From an uncultured Bacteroidales bacterium (lineage in GTDB: Bacteria; Bacteroidota; Bacteroidia; Bacteroidales; UBA10428): DNA of 64,000 nucleotides. The stretch lies in the NCBI GenBank assembly GCA_964406315.1, contig CAYORG010000013.1:365-64364 (forward strand). The letters are read 5' to 3'. Shown here one piece after another: positions 38,854-49,776 of this stretch. How positions within the stretch are numbered: position 1 is the first letter of the stretch; each line of letters begins with the position of its first letter. A model generated the notes under the pieces. It ran no database searches. It worked only from the letters and a program-made list of their open reading frames with translations, and was not told where the DNA came from. Both the position numbers and the translations under genes were made by a program.

Positions 38854-39940
38854 ACAGATTCAGTAACTTTTCTTCCTCACGTTCCCAGCACAACTCACGT
38901 GCTGCCAGTTCCAAATTCGTATTGTAATAACCGTTTGCCAGCTCATTGTCAATCATATCATTTAGTATACCAGCCAATTTTTCCGGACTTCTGTCATATA
39001 AAACTTTTCCAACATCGTATTTTTTAACAATTTCTTTCATCTCAACCAAATCAGAAATTACTACCGGAATTCTTGCCTGCAGGTAATCAAATAGTTTATT
39101 AGGCAAAGCATACTGATAATTTAATCCAAGATTTTCTTCAAGGGAAATTCCAATGTCTGCCTGAGATGTATACTCCCATAAATTCTCCAAAGACACGCGT
39201 CCCAGAAAATCTATTCTATCTGTCAGTTTTAATGTATTGGTAAGTTGTATCAGCTCATTTTCAATGTCTCCTTTTCCTATAAGCCAGAGTCTCACATTGG
39301 TTAAATACTGCATGCTTTGTATCAGCAATTCAAGACCTCGCCCGAGATTCAGCACTCCCTGGTAAATGATCACTGTCTCGGCCGAAGAATTGTCTTCTTT
39401 TTCGAATTCATGATCATACCTAAACCGGGCCAAATTTCTGATCACATAGAATGTGATGCCGTACTTTTGCTGGTAATGATTCGCAATGGACTGACATACT
39501 GTAAAACCAAACTTGATTCTTTTCATGAGGAAGCTTTCAAGCATTAACCATATTTTTTTTATTAATGGTCTGTGAACCAATTCAGGAACTTCAGAAAATA
39601 ATTCATGGCTATCAAATACAAGTTTTTTTCTTTTCAAAACAGAAACCAGATAACAAGCAAGCAATGTATCCAAATCATTGGACAGTATAATCTGCCCGTT
39701 GAAACCCAAAAGATAAAAAAATAGTCTGAGGTTCAGGTTGACATAAAAAAGAGGCCCCTTGTTTATTAAAAAGCGAAGTCGCTTCGTACGATATGATCGT
39801 TCATTTAAGAAAAGTGAATCTCTCAGTTGTCTGCCGACAATTGTAACATCATAACCATTCTCGCTGAGAGATGTGGCAATTTTGTGGATCCTGTTATCGG
39901 TCACAATATCATTTGAAACAACTGAAACTACACGAATCAA
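38828..39940 (-). CDS. Glycosyltransferase family 4
   Basis: SNDLDTL, VFDSHELF, IYQG..N.GRGLE, ALPNKLFDYLQA.IPVV. Confidence 0.9.
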   Translation of the reverse strand: MIRVVSVVSNDIVTDNRIHKIATSLSENGYDVTIVGRQLRDSLFLNERSYRTKRLRFLINKGPLFYVNLNLRLFFYLLGFNGQIILSNDLDTLLACYLVSVLKRKKLVFDSHELFSEVPELVHRPLIKKIWLMLESFLMKRIKFGFTVCQSIANHYQQKYGITFYVIRNLARFRYDHEFEKEDNSSAETVIIYQGVLNLGRGLELLIQSMQYLTNVRLWLIGKGDIENELIQLTNTLKLTDRIDFLGRVSLENLWEYTSQADIGISLEENLGLNYQYALPNKLFDYLQARIPVVISDLVEMKEIVKKYDVGKVLYDRSPEKLAGILNDMIDNELANGYYNTNLELAARELCWEREEEKLLNLFRHGRNSI

Positions 39941-39994
39941 ACTGGTAGTATTTTTAATGATAAATCTTTAAAATTAAAGACCATAAAACTATTG

Positions 39995-40002
39995 TATATT
40001 TG
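39995..40002 (+). promoter_or_regulatory. Bacteroidota -7 promoter element for murB
   Basis: TATATTTG matches TAnnTTTG, 16 nt before the ATG at 40019. Confidence 0.6.
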
Positions 40003-40018
40003 CGACAATTTGAAAAAC

Positions 40019-41035
40019 ATGATTGAATTTACACCAAACTTTCCACTCAAACAATATAATACATTCGGGATAGACGTAAAAGCTAAGTATTTTGCCGGAT
40101 TTTCATCCCTGGCGGAATTGCATGAGTTGGTTGATGATAAACTATTCACAAAACATCCCAGGTTGATTCTTGGAGGCGGAAGCAATGTATTATTCACAAA
40201 AGACTTTGACGGTTTGATAATCCATCCGAAACTGGAAGAAATCAACATTGTTGAAGAGACTAATAAAGAGATTATCCTTAACGTCGGAAGTGGCATAATT
40301 TGGGACAATCTGGTTGAATACGCTGTATTGCATGGATGGGGTGGTTTGGAAAACTTGTCTGCAATACCCGGAAATGTTGGAGCAGCTCCCTTACAAAATA
40401 TTGGAGCATATGGAGCAGAGATAAAGGACGTCATTGATAAAGTTATTGGCATTGATCTTTCCAATAAGAGGACTTGTACTTTTAAGAATACTGAATGTGA
40501 ATTTGGCTACCGTAGCAGCATATTTAAAACCAAGTTGAAATCCAACTTTCTTATAACACATGTTGTATTCAGGCTGAAAAAATTCCCTCATTCCCTGATA
40601 ACCGGTTACGGTGAAATCGAGCGGATATTAGAGCATGAAAAAGAAAGAACCATATCGGTGATACGAACTGTGATCTGCAATATAAGAAGCTCTAAATTGC
40701 CAGATGTGAAAACAAATGGCAATGCAGGTAGTTTTTTTAAAAATCCAGTTGTCGATACCGAAACAATGGGACAACTTAAAAAAAGGATGAAGGATATTCC
40801 TGTATACGAAACACCCGAAGGAGGTTACAAATTATCTGCTGCCTGGTTAATTGAAAAATCCGGTTGCAAAGGGATCCGTTCCGGAAATGCCGGGACTCAT
40901 GATCACCAGCCACTGGTGTTGATTAACCATGGAAATGCAACCGGGAAAGAAATTCTGGGACTTGCAGATTTTATTAAAGAAAAGGTTTATCAACTGTTTG
41001 GTGTTGCTCTTGAGACAGAAGTAAATGTAATCTGA
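40019..41035 (+). CDS. murB: UDP-N-acetylenolpyruvoylglucosamine reductase
   Basis: YNTFGI, LGGGSN, GLENLSAIPG.VGAAP.QNIGAYG, GNAGSFFKNP, LE.EV. Confidence 0.96.
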   Translation: MIEFTPNFPLKQYNTFGIDVKAKYFAGFSSLAELHELVDDKLFTKHPRLILGGGSNVLFTKDFDGLIIHPKLEEINIVEETNKEIILNVGSGIIWDNLVEYAVLHGWGGLENLSAIPGNVGAAPLQNIGAYGAEIKDVIDKVIGIDLSNKRTCTFKNTECEFGYRSSIFKTKLKSNFLITHVVFRLKKFPHSLITGYGEIERILEHEKERTISVIRTVICNIRSSKLPDVKTNGNAGSFFKNPVVDTETMGQLKKRMKDIPVYETPEGGYKLSAAWLIEKSGCKGIRSGNAGTHDHQPLVLINHGNATGKEILGLADFIKEKVYQLFGVALETEVNVI

Positions 41036-41040
41036 ACGAA

Positions 41041-42450
41041 TCATGCAATTTGAATTGTATTCACAACAGCATTAATGATAGAAGAAACAATCTCTCTGTT
41101 TTCTGCTTCTGCATAAATCCTGATTACAGGCTCTGTGCCTGAAGCTCTGATCATAACCCACCGTTCTTTATCAAGGTAATATTTGTATCCGTCAAGATCT
41201 TCTGTTTTTGAAACAGCAAACTCACCAAATTTAGTATATTTCTGTTGCCTGCATTCCTCAATAACTTTGTTCCGGATATTTTTATTCAACTCCAGATCCA
41301 TCCTTTCATAAGCAAACGTTCCCGTTATTTCATGCACTTCATGCATCAATTCACTGAGCTTTTTCCCCGATTCAGCAAGCCAGTTCCAAATTGTAATTCC
41401 AATCCATACACCATCTCTCTCCGGTAGATATGACCCGGTTGTAATTCCTCCAGATTCTTCCCCGGCAGCCAAAACTTTTTCATCCATGATAAAATGAGAA
41501 AACTCTTTAAACCCGATTGGAGTGCGAATAACTTTCAAATGATAATGTGTACATAATTTCTCGAGTTTATGTGTAAGTGAAAAACCTGCAATCACTTTCC
41601 CTTCCAGTTTTTTATAGCCTGCCAGATAATGTATTACAAGGAGAAAAACATTATGACTGTCGATGTAAGTTGCATTTTCATCAAACAAAGCTATGCGATC
41701 TCCATCTCCATCTACTGCAAGTGCACAGTCAATATCCTTTTTTTTCAGGATATATTCTTCAAGCAGATGAAGGTTTTTCGGCAAAGGTTCAGGAGGAATT
41801 CCCAGAAATGATGGATTGTATTCGCATCGTAACATCCTGATATCCGGCATCAGTCTTTTAAAAGTATTTTGAGCACTCCCATACATCGCATCAAATGCAA
41901 AACAAAGTTTTGATTTGATTATTTTATCAATATCAAAATGGTCATAAATATTTTTCAGGTAAATCGATTCCAGGTTGATATACTGAATCAGGCCTCTCTC
42001 AATGAAATAATTCCAGTTCAGCATTTCAAGATCAAATTCATATTCGCTGGAAATCAGGTTTTCAATATCCCTTACGTCCGTGTCTGGCATGGGACCTCCA
42101 AAATCTGATTTAAGCTTTATTCCATTGTATTCAGCCGAATTATGACTGGCAGTAATCATAACTCCGCAATTGGATTTCAGTTTGACAACTCCTAACGACA
42201 CCATGGGCGTTGACACAAAATTCTCAGAGATATATACTCTGATATTTTTCGATGCCAATATTTTTGCAATGGCTTCCATGAACATTTCACCACCGAAACG
42301 ACTATCATAGCCAATAACTGCCGAAGGATTAGGAAATTTGCCAATAAGCCATCGCGCAAGTCCATACGCAAATTTCGCTACATTAGCCAGAGTGAAATCT
42401 TTCGCTATTACCCCTCTCCAACCATCCGTGCCGAATCTGATTCTATCCAT
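41041..42450 (-). CDS. Phosphoglucomutase/phosphomannomutase
   Basis: FGTDGWRG, ITASHN phosphoserine loop, DGDGDR, GEESGG, IRASGTEP. Confidence 0.95.
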   Translation of the reverse strand: MDRIRFGTDGWRGVIAKDFTLANVAKFAYGLARWLIGKFPNPSAVIGYDSRFGGEMFMEAIAKILASKNIRVYISENFVSTPMVSLGVVKLKSNCGVMITASHNSAEYNGIKLKSDFGGPMPDTDVRDIENLISSEYEFDLEMLNWNYFIERGLIQYINLESIYLKNIYDHFDIDKIIKSKLCFAFDAMYGSAQNTFKRLMPDIRMLRCEYNPSFLGIPPEPLPKNLHLLEEYILKKKDIDCALAVDGDGDRIALFDENATYIDSHNVFLLVIHYLAGYKKLEGKVIAGFSLTHKLEKLCTHYHLKVIRTPIGFKEFSHFIMDEKVLAAGEESGGITTGSYLPERDGVWIGITIWNWLAESGKKLSELMHEVHEITGTFAYERMDLELNKNIRNKVIEECRQQKYTKFGEFAVSKTEDLDGYKYYLDKERWVMIRASGTEPVIRIYAEAENREIVSSIINAVVNTIQIA

Positions 42451-42520
42451 TTATTTTTTCAATAAAAATAAAAAGCGACGAAACATTATGCCATCGAATA
42501 TGCTAATATTTATTGACAAT

Positions 42521-43567
42521 CTAACGGTATATTCTTCGTTTATTCAGCTCCCGGCGATACAATTCCGCATTTCGGTTATGTTCTTTCAACGTTTTTGCAA
42601 AATTGTGGTATCCTGAAAAATCCGGTTTTGCACAAAAATATAAGTAGTTATGTTTCTCATAATTTAACACTGCATCAATAGAAGAAACTTCAGGAAAACA
42701 AATTGGACCGGGAGGCAAACCTCCAAACTTATAAGTATTGTAAGGAGAATCTATTTTATAATGTTTTCTTAAGACACGCTGCATTGAGAAGTTCCCAATT
42801 GCATAAATAACTGTAGGATCGGCATGAAGACGTATCCCTTTGTGCAAGCGATTCATATAAACTCCGGCAATTCTGCTTTTTTCATTGTCTTTTCGTGTTT
42901 CCTCATTGACTATTGATGCCAGGGTTATCACTTCTTCTTTGGTCAATCCTATCTGTTCTGCCTTGTTTTTTCTCTTCCATGTCCAGAAACTGTCATATTC
43001 AGAGAGCATTCTCTGAAATAATGATTCAGTAGAAATATTCCAGTATACCTCGTAAGTGTTGGGAATAAAAATGCATCTGAAAGTGTATTTGTCAAATCCG
43101 TATGACCTGGCTATCGAATCAGAGTTAAAAAAGCTCATGATTGACGGTGAATCAATTTCCAACTGATCGGAAAGTCGTTTTGCTAATTGCTTCTCGGTAC
43201 GAAGATTATTGAATGTTAACATGACAGGATCTTGTCTTCCAGAACGTAGCATATTAATAAATTCATTATTGCTCATCCTGTTTTTCACTTTGTAGCGTCC
43301 CGGATTAACATGATTCGGATAGTTCTTTTTTCTGGAAGCCCAGGCAAAACTCTGTGAGTTTTTAATGAGTTTCTTTTCGTTGATCAGTTTAAGAACATCC
43401 TCATAAGTCGATCCGGTCGGAATATACAAGTATGTATTCTTTTTGTCTTTTGTGTAAATGTTCGGCGCAAAGGCTCTGCGATATAAACTAAATCCCTTGA
43501 TGCCGCCTATTAACAATATGATAAGGAGAAAATAACTGACGCGTTTCAACCAAACGTGTTCACTCAT
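42521..43567 (-). CDS. mltG: Endolytic transglycosylase MltG
   Basis: N-terminal TM; LASIVNEET, GVYMNRL, SPYNTY..GLPPGPI, YLYF. Confidence 0.95.
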   Translation of the reverse strand: MSEHVWLKRVSYFLLIILLIGGIKGFSLYRRAFAPNIYTKDKKNTYLYIPTGSTYEDVLKLINEKKLIKNSQSFAWASRKKNYPNHVNPGRYKVKNRMSNNEFINMLRSGRQDPVMLTFNNLRTEKQLAKRLSDQLEIDSPSIMSFFNSDSIARSYGFDKYTFRCIFIPNTYEVYWNISTESLFQRMLSEYDSFWTWKRKNKAEQIGLTKEEVITLASIVNEETRKDNEKSRIAGVYMNRLHKGIRLHADPTVIYAIGNFSMQRVLRKHYKIDSPYNTYKFGGLPPGPICFPEVSSIDAVLNYEKHNYLYFCAKPDFSGYHNFAKTLKEHNRNAELYRRELNKRRIYR

Positions 43568-43600
43568 AGGAATACATCTTATGATTAAATAACCTTAATA

Positions 43601-45064
43601 TCAGATTTTTATTACATATAGCTGACCAGCTTCATCACGAACTACTTTTACCTGATCATTTTTATCAATGAAACCGATTTCTGCCTTTGCATCAAATATT
43701 TCTCCTTCGATCTTAACTCTTCCTGATGGTCGCAAAACAGTATAAGCAATACCTGTTTTGCCTATCATTTCCTTCTGATGCGTGTCAATCCCGATATATC
43801 CCTGAGATTTATCCTGTTCTGCCGCCAGAGATATCCCTTTGAAGAAATTTGATGTTCCCACCTTGCGGCTCAGCCAAATAGAAAGAAAGAAGGATACAAG
43901 AACTGTTATTAAAATCCGGGCAAATACTTTAGCAACTTTTATCAGAGCATCTATTCCTTCAAATTCAAAAACCACATTATCAATAACACTCATTGTAAGA
44001 CTCACAAGTATTAGCATAATACCTGAAATACCAGCTACTCCAAAGCCCGGAATAACAAAGATTTCCAGGGCGAGCAAAGCAATTCCTAAAACAAATGTCA
44101 GTATTTCCCAATTCTGAGCCAGGCCTTCGAGGTAAAGAGGTGCAAAATACAAGAGAGCTGCCGCAATAGCAATTCCCAAAGGAAAACCTACTCCCGGGGT
44201 TTGCAGTTCAAAATAGATCCCTCCGATAATTAAAAGAATCAGCAAACTCTGGGCCACCGGACTTAATAATAACAATATGATCCTGTCGAGACTTTTTAAC
44301 TCATATCGTTTTATTTCATAATCTGCCAAACCCGATATTTCCAATACTTCTTTAATGGTATTGGCTTTGCCTTCGCAATACCCAACCTGTATAGCTTCCT
44401 CCGTGGTGAGTGTGAGTACTTTCCCTGAATCAACAATTCCATCTACCACCAGCAAAGGATCTACCATTGCTTCGGCAATGTGAGGATCTCTATGCCATAC
44501 ATATAAAGTATCATTGCCTTGAATGATCGTATCTTTCCCGTGGGCTTCCGCGGTAGCACGCATTGTAGATCTCATAAAAGATTGGTACTTGTCCGGTACA
44601 ACTTCGCCCGATTGACTTACAACCGTAGCAGCACCTATACTCCCTCCTGATCTCATATAAATGCTATCGGCCGCTATTGAAATAAGTGCTCCTGCCGAAA
44701 TAGCCTGGTTATCGATGAAGATCAAAACCGGAATGGAAGAATTCAGAATTTTTGTGCGGATGGAATCGGCGATGTTTACCATTCCACCATAAGTATTCAT
44801 ATGAATTAAAATGTAATCGGCTTTCAGAGTCTGAGCTTCTTTAAAAGCTTCCTGTGTAATGCGCCAGACGGGCTTTGCAATTTCCTTTCTTATTTCAAAA
44901 ATATATATTAATCCTTTTTTTGTCAGGACCGTTTTTTGAAGTAATTTTTCAGAAGCAGTATCAGCAAATGTGCTGTCATCGGCAACATTTGAGGAAAAAA
45001 GAATCTGAAAACCCAGTAACAGAACTAAGATCCTCCAGTTAGAATTAAACTTCGAATTTTTCAT
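43601..45064 (-). CDS. nfeD: NfeD family membrane-bound serine protease
   Basis: MNTYGG, AISAGA (Ser), DKYQS (Lys), VLTLTTEEA, TM block, LRPSG OB-fold. Confidence 0.9.
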   Translation of the reverse strand: MKNSKFNSNWRILVLLLGFQILFSSNVADDSTFADTASEKLLQKTVLTKKGLIYIFEIRKEIAKPVWRITQEAFKEAQTLKADYILIHMNTYGGMVNIADSIRTKILNSSIPVLIFIDNQAISAGALISIAADSIYMRSGGSIGAATVVSQSGEVVPDKYQSFMRSTMRATAEAHGKDTIIQGNDTLYVWHRDPHIAEAMVDPLLVVDGIVDSGKVLTLTTEEAIQVGYCEGKANTIKEVLEISGLADYEIKRYELKSLDRIILLLLSPVAQSLLILLIIGGIYFELQTPGVGFPLGIAIAAALLYFAPLYLEGLAQNWEILTFVLGIALLALEIFVIPGFGVAGISGIMLILVSLTMSVIDNVVFEFEGIDALIKVAKVFARILITVLVSFFLSIWLSRKVGTSNFFKGISLAAEQDKSQGYIGIDTHQKEMIGKTGIAYTVLRPSGRVKIEGEIFDAKAEIGFIDKNDQVKVVRDEAGQLYVIKI

Positions 45065-45198
45065 TTTTATTCAATTGTATTGCAACGAAATTAAATAATG
45101 CAGATGAATTAGCAAATAAAACCACTGATATCCATAAGTTTTATTGTTCTATTCAGAATGCTGTTGATAGACATAGCTTGGTCTCGTTTATTTTTTTC

Positions 45199-45206
45199 TA
45201 ACTTTG
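45199..45206 (+). promoter_or_regulatory. Bacteroidota -7 promoter element for purB
   Basis: TAACTTTG upstream of ATG 45225. Confidence 0.55.
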
Positions 45207-45224
45207 GAGCTCAAAATTGTTATT

Positions 45225-46568
45225 ATGGATTTGAATGCCTTAACCGCTATATCACCAATTGATGGAAGATATCGATCAAAAATAGATGAATTAGTGCCCT
45301 ATTTTTCTGAATATGGATTGTTTCGTTACAGAATACGAGTTGAGGTAGAATATTTCATTTCACTATGTCGCTATAAAATTCCGCAGGTAAGTGATTTTCC
45401 TAAAGAAAAATTCGAATCCCTTCGTAAACTTTATACTGAATTCAGCCTTGATGACGCCGCTCAAATAAAAGAAATTGAAAAAACAACAAATCATGATGTG
45501 AAAGCTGTGGAATATTTTCTTAAGAAGCAATTTGATAAACTAAATCTTGAAAAATACAAAGAATACATACATTTTGCCCTTACCTCTCAGGATATTAATA
45601 ATACTGCTGTTCCACTGTCATTCAGCGCAGCGCTTAAAGAATCGTATTTGCCTCTTTTACAAAAAATTGTCGATAAACTGCTGAACCACAGTCTTGAATG
45701 GGAAAATATTCCTATGCTTGCACACACACACGGTCAGCCAGCCTCTCCTACCCGACTTGGAAAAGAAATAAGAGTTTTTATTGATCGATTGCAGGCCCAG
45801 ATTGGACAATTAAAGCAAATTCCTGTTTCAGCAAAATTTGGCGGAGCCACAGGAAATTTTAATGCCCATAACGCTGCATATCCGGAAATAGACTGGGTTG
45901 AATTTGGAAATGCCTTCATCAATCATGTATTAGGACTTGAAAGGCAACAGACAACTACACAGATAGAACATTACGATAACCTGGCTGCTTCTTTTCAAGC
46001 CATGAGCAGAATAAATACCATTCTAATTGATATGTGCCGCGATATCTGGACATACATTTCAATGGATTATTTTAAGCAGAAAATAAAAGAGGGAGAGATT
46101 GGTTCATCCACTATGCCTCATAAAGTAAATCCTATTGATTTTGAAAATGCTGAAGGAAATCTGGGTGTTGCCAACGCAGTGTATTCACATCTTGCAGAAA
46201 AATTACCGATTTCAAGATTGCAGAGAGATCTGACGGATTCCACAGTACTCAGAAATATTGGCGTACCTATGGCTCACAGTATAATAGCCTTTAAATCAAT
46301 TCTTAAAGGCTTGGGTAAGCTCCTGTTAAACAAGGAAAAAATTGACGCTGATCTGGGAGATAACTGGAGTGTTGTTGCAGAAGGAATTCAAACCATTTTG
46401 CGACGACAAGGATTTCCAAAACCTTATGAAGCTCTTCTGAAGCTTACACGAACAAATAAGAAAATTGATCGTGAAGCACTATCTTCATTTATTGATTCCT
46501 TAGATATAAGTGATGCTCTCAAAAAGGAGCTTAAAAACCTAACCCCTTTTAATTACACAGGCAAGTAG
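45225..46568 (+). CDS. purB: Adenylosuccinate lyase
   Basis: LTAISPIDGRY, TNHDVKAVEY, HTHGQPA, GSSTMPHKVNPIDFENAEGN. Confidence 0.97.
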   Translation: MDLNALTAISPIDGRYRSKIDELVPYFSEYGLFRYRIRVEVEYFISLCRYKIPQVSDFPKEKFESLRKLYTEFSLDDAAQIKEIEKTTNHDVKAVEYFLKKQFDKLNLEKYKEYIHFALTSQDINNTAVPLSFSAALKESYLPLLQKIVDKLLNHSLEWENIPMLAHTHGQPASPTRLGKEIRVFIDRLQAQIGQLKQIPVSAKFGGATGNFNAHNAAYPEIDWVEFGNAFINHVLGLERQQTTTQIEHYDNLAASFQAMSRINTILIDMCRDIWTYISMDYFKQKIKEGEIGSSTMPHKVNPIDFENAEGNLGVANAVYSHLAEKLPISRLQRDLTDSTVLRNIGVPMAHSIIAFKSILKGLGKLLLNKEKIDADLGDNWSVVAEGIQTILRRQGFPKPYEALLKLTRTNKKIDREALSSFIDSLDISDALKKELKNLTPFNYTGK

Positions 46569-46570
46569 CG

Positions 46571-48418
46571 ATGAGAGATGCTTTTAAACTCTTCAAAAGG
46601 TTTCTGCCTCCTTACAAAACATATGTAAGCCTTGGTATTCTTTTCAATATTTTTGCAGCAATATTCAGCATATTTTCATACATAGCTTTGATCCCTTTAC
46701 TCAAAATTCTTTTTAAGCTCAATACCCAGTCTTATGAGTATGTCGATGCCGACATCTCCCTGATTCCTTTTCACATTCCACGCGATGCCATCATGAACAA
46801 TTTGTATGCCTGGCTGGGTAAAAGTATCGAAACAAACGGGCCAATACGCGTGCTATTGATCGTTGCGCTGTTAGGTGTAGCTATGATATTTTTTAAATCA
46901 GTATTTACTTACATGGCAAGTTTCTTTATGGTAAAGATCCGGAACCATGTTGTGAAGGATATCAGAAACAATATTGTCAAAAAAATAATCTCTCTTCCGA
47001 TTGGTTTCTTTACCGAAGAAAAAAAAGGAGACATTATTGCGAGAACTACGGGTGATGTTACCGAAATAGAAGTATCCATTGTGAGCTCTTTTGATGCCCT
47101 CATTAAAAATCCCATTATCATTCTGATTACATTATTCTCTATGATATTCGTAAGCTGGCAGTTGACTATTTTTATTTTTATTATGCTTCCTTTTGCAGGT
47201 GCTATCATAGGTTTTATAGGTAAAACACTAAGAAAAAGATCATTCCAGGGACAGAATAAAATGGGCGAAATTCTCTCAACTGTGGAAGAAACACTGGGAG
47301 GGTTAAGAATTATTAAAGGTTTTAATGCAGAAAAAAAGATACAAAGGAAGCAAAAACAACAAAATGAAGAATACCGTTCTATTATGGACAAGTTGATGTT
47401 ACGTTATTTTCTTGCCAGTCCTATGAGTGAATTTCTTGGTGTATTGGTTGTTATGAGTGTCATGTGGTATGGCGGTAGACTTATACTTACAGAGACAGGT
47501 AAAAATCTTTTGCAACCCGAAGAATTTTTGGTTTACCTTGGTTTGTTTTATAATATCATCAATCCGACCAAGGCATTTTCAACTGGTTTTTACAATGTTC
47601 AGAAAGGTTTGGCAGCAGTAGACAGAATTGACAGGATCCTAAATACCAAGTCAAATATCATAATCAAAGAAAATTCCTTACCAATCAATAAATTCGAGGA
47701 TAAAATTGAATACAAAAACGTATGGTTTAAATACAATGAAGAATACGTTTTAAGAGATATTTCCATCACAATTCAGAAAGGACAAACTGTTGCAATTGTT
47801 GGTCCTTCCGGCTCCGGAAAATCAACATTGTCTGATCTGCTTCCCCGCTTTTATGATGTGACCAAAGGAAATCTGCTTGTTGATGGCAATGAAGTAAGTG
47901 ATTTGGATATCAAAGCACTTAGAAACTTAATGGGAATTGTAAACCAGGAACCCATATTGTTTAATGATACCATTTTCAATAATATTATTTTTGGTGTTGA
48001 TGAGGCCAGAGCAGAAGAAGTTGAAATGGCTGCTAAAATAGCCAATGCTCATGAATTTATCATGGAAACCGAAAATGGTTATCAAACCAATATAGGCGAC
48101 AGAGGTACAAGATTGTCAGGAGGTCAGAAACAACGAATTTCAATAGCGCGGGCAGTATTGAAAAATCCCCCCATCATGATTCTGGATGAAGCGACATCTG
48201 CCCTCGATACAGAATCGGAAAGACTGGTTCAACAGGCAATAAATAACCTGATGAAAAAAAGAACAAGTATTGTCATTGCTCACCGTTTGTCAACAATTAG
48301 AAATGCAAATAACATTTATGTGCTGAAACAGGGAAAAATTGTGGAGCAGGGAAATTACAAGGAGTTACTGGCAAAAAACGGGGAATTTAAAACATTGCAT
48401 AACAACCAGTTTCAGTAA
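46571..48418 (+). CDS. ABC transporter, fused permease/ATPase (MsbA-like)
   Basis: TM domain; GPSGSGKST, LSGGQKQR, ILDEATSALD, IAHRLST. Confidence 0.92.
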   Translation: MRDAFKLFKRFLPPYKTYVSLGILFNIFAAIFSIFSYIALIPLLKILFKLNTQSYEYVDADISLIPFHIPRDAIMNNLYAWLGKSIETNGPIRVLLIVALLGVAMIFFKSVFTYMASFFMVKIRNHVVKDIRNNIVKKIISLPIGFFTEEKKGDIIARTTGDVTEIEVSIVSSFDALIKNPIIILITLFSMIFVSWQLTIFIFIMLPFAGAIIGFIGKTLRKRSFQGQNKMGEILSTVEETLGGLRIIKGFNAEKKIQRKQKQQNEEYRSIMDKLMLRYFLASPMSEFLGVLVVMSVMWYGGRLILTETGKNLLQPEEFLVYLGLFYNIINPTKAFSTGFYNVQKGLAAVDRIDRILNTKSNIIIKENSLPINKFEDKIEYKNVWFKYNEEYVLRDISITIQKGQTVAIVGPSGSGKSTLSDLLPRFYDVTKGNLLVDGNEVSDLDIKALRNLMGIVNQEPILFNDTIFNNIIFGVDEARAEEVEMAAKIANAHEFIMETENGYQTNIGDRGTRLSGGQKQRISIARAVLKNPPIMILDEATSALDTESERLVQQAINNLMKKRTSIVIAHRLSTIRNANNIYVLKQGKIVEQGNYKELLAKNGEFKTLHNNQFQ

Positions 48419-48615
48419 ATAATAAAAAAAGTTAAAAATTCTAACAAATCATACTTAGAGACTGATTAATAAAAAAATACTATTATTTTTGCATCCTTAA
48501 CCTAAAAAATTATAATTATGGACGAAGGCCCATATCATAGACAGTTGAATATATTAACTAATCTGTAAAGGGCATTCATTGTTTCCTTTCAGATTCTATT
48601 GGGAGGAAACAAAAA

Positions 48616-49545
48616 ATGATTAAGATTTTTAAGACATTTGGCGGATACATCGAAATCTCCAAACTTCAAAAAGGTTGCTGGATAAATGTGATACAGCCAA
48701 CACCAACCGAAATTCAGCGATTGTCCGAAGACTTTCAATTACCTGGCGATACAATTAATGACATCCTAGACGTGGATGAAAGACCACGAATAGAATTTGA
48801 TGAAGAATGGTCTTTGATCATCATGCGAATTCCTATTGCCAGCACTAATAATAGTGTTCCATTCCACACTATTCCGCTCGGAATATATCTGGCAGAAAAT
48901 TTCACCCTCACGCTTTGTCTGCAAAATAACGATATATTACCCCTGGAACAGTCATCACCTTTTAGAGAACAATACAGTCAAATTACCGATGTAATCAATT
49001 TTATTTTGAGGTTATTTCTTCGTACGGGTAATATGTATCTCAAATACCTGAAGCAAATAAATCAAATGACCGGATTGATTGAGCAGGACCTTGAAAGGTC
49101 TATTAAAAATAAAGAACTCAATAAATTGTTGAAAATGGAAAAATGCCTTGTTTATTTCATTACATCCATAAAGGCAAATGATATTGTCCTGGCCAGATTA
49201 AAAAATTCAAAAAAGATCATTACCGAGATAAACGAAGATTTATTGGAAGATGCTTTCATTGAAAACAAGCAAGCATTAGAAATGGCACAGATATACTCTG
49301 ATATTCAGAGTGGAATGATGGATGCATTTGCATCCGTTATATCAAACAACCTCAATGTTGTTATGAAACAGTTAACTTTAATTTCTATAATACTTATGAT
49401 ACCCACCCTGATAGCCAGTATTTTTGGAATGAACGTTCCCAATTTTATGGAGAATTCAATGTGGGCATTACCTTCAATCATTGTTTTTTCATTGTTATTC
49501 TCTTTTCTGGGTGTAATTATTTTCAGGAGAAGACAATGGTTTTAG
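48616..49545 (+). CDS. corA: CorA family Mg2+ transporter
   Basis: LDVDERPR, FGMN signature, two C-terminal TM helices. Confidence 0.92.
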   Translation: MIKIFKTFGGYIEISKLQKGCWINVIQPTPTEIQRLSEDFQLPGDTINDILDVDERPRIEFDEEWSLIIMRIPIASTNNSVPFHTIPLGIYLAENFTLTLCLQNNDILPLEQSSPFREQYSQITDVINFILRLFLRTGNMYLKYLKQINQMTGLIEQDLERSIKNKELNKLLKMEKCLVYFITSIKANDIVLARLKNSKKIITEINEDLLEDAFIENKQALEMAQIYSDIQSGMMDAFASVISNNLNVVMKQLTLISIILMIPTLIASIFGMNVPNFMENSMWALPSIIVFSLLFSFLGVIIFRRRQWF

Positions 49546-49614
49546 GTTAAAATTTTTCACTTAGTCTGTTTTCAGAATGTTTATAAGATTTTTAGAAGTA
49601 TAAGGGAAAGATTC

Positions 49615-49776
49615 AAACCAAAACAATTGCCGGGCTTCCGCCCGGTGCATTTTTTCTTCCATCAAATTGTTCAAACAGGGGATTATTTCATGATCCCTCG
49701 AAGGGAGATGCTTAAACCAAAACAATTGCCGGGCTTCCGCCCGGTGCATTTTTTCTTCCATCAAATTGTTCAAACA
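49615..49776 (+). repeat. Perfect 63-bp direct repeat x2 with a 36-bp spacer
   Basis: 49615-49677 is identical to 49714-49776; each holds CCGGGC-TTCC-GCCCGG plus a T-tract. Confidence 0.95.

Noticed and set aside
39992-40018. Track start codons for murB (39992), purB (45204), the porin (13204) and 24406
   Set aside because: These TTG/upstream extensions overlap promoter elements or the preceding gene; downstream ATGs give normal N-termini.
49561-49773. 70-aa ORF with an internal 33-aa duplication
   Set aside because: A by-product of the 99-bp repeat period; no coding signal. The overlapping ORFs at 49627, 49712 and 49766 are shadows of the repeat and tRNA.
49615-49776. Mini CRISPR array (repeat, 36-bp spacer, repeat)
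   Set aside because: The 63-bp repeat is too long, there are only two copies, it does not resemble Bacteroidota CRISPR repeats, and no cas gene is in the window.
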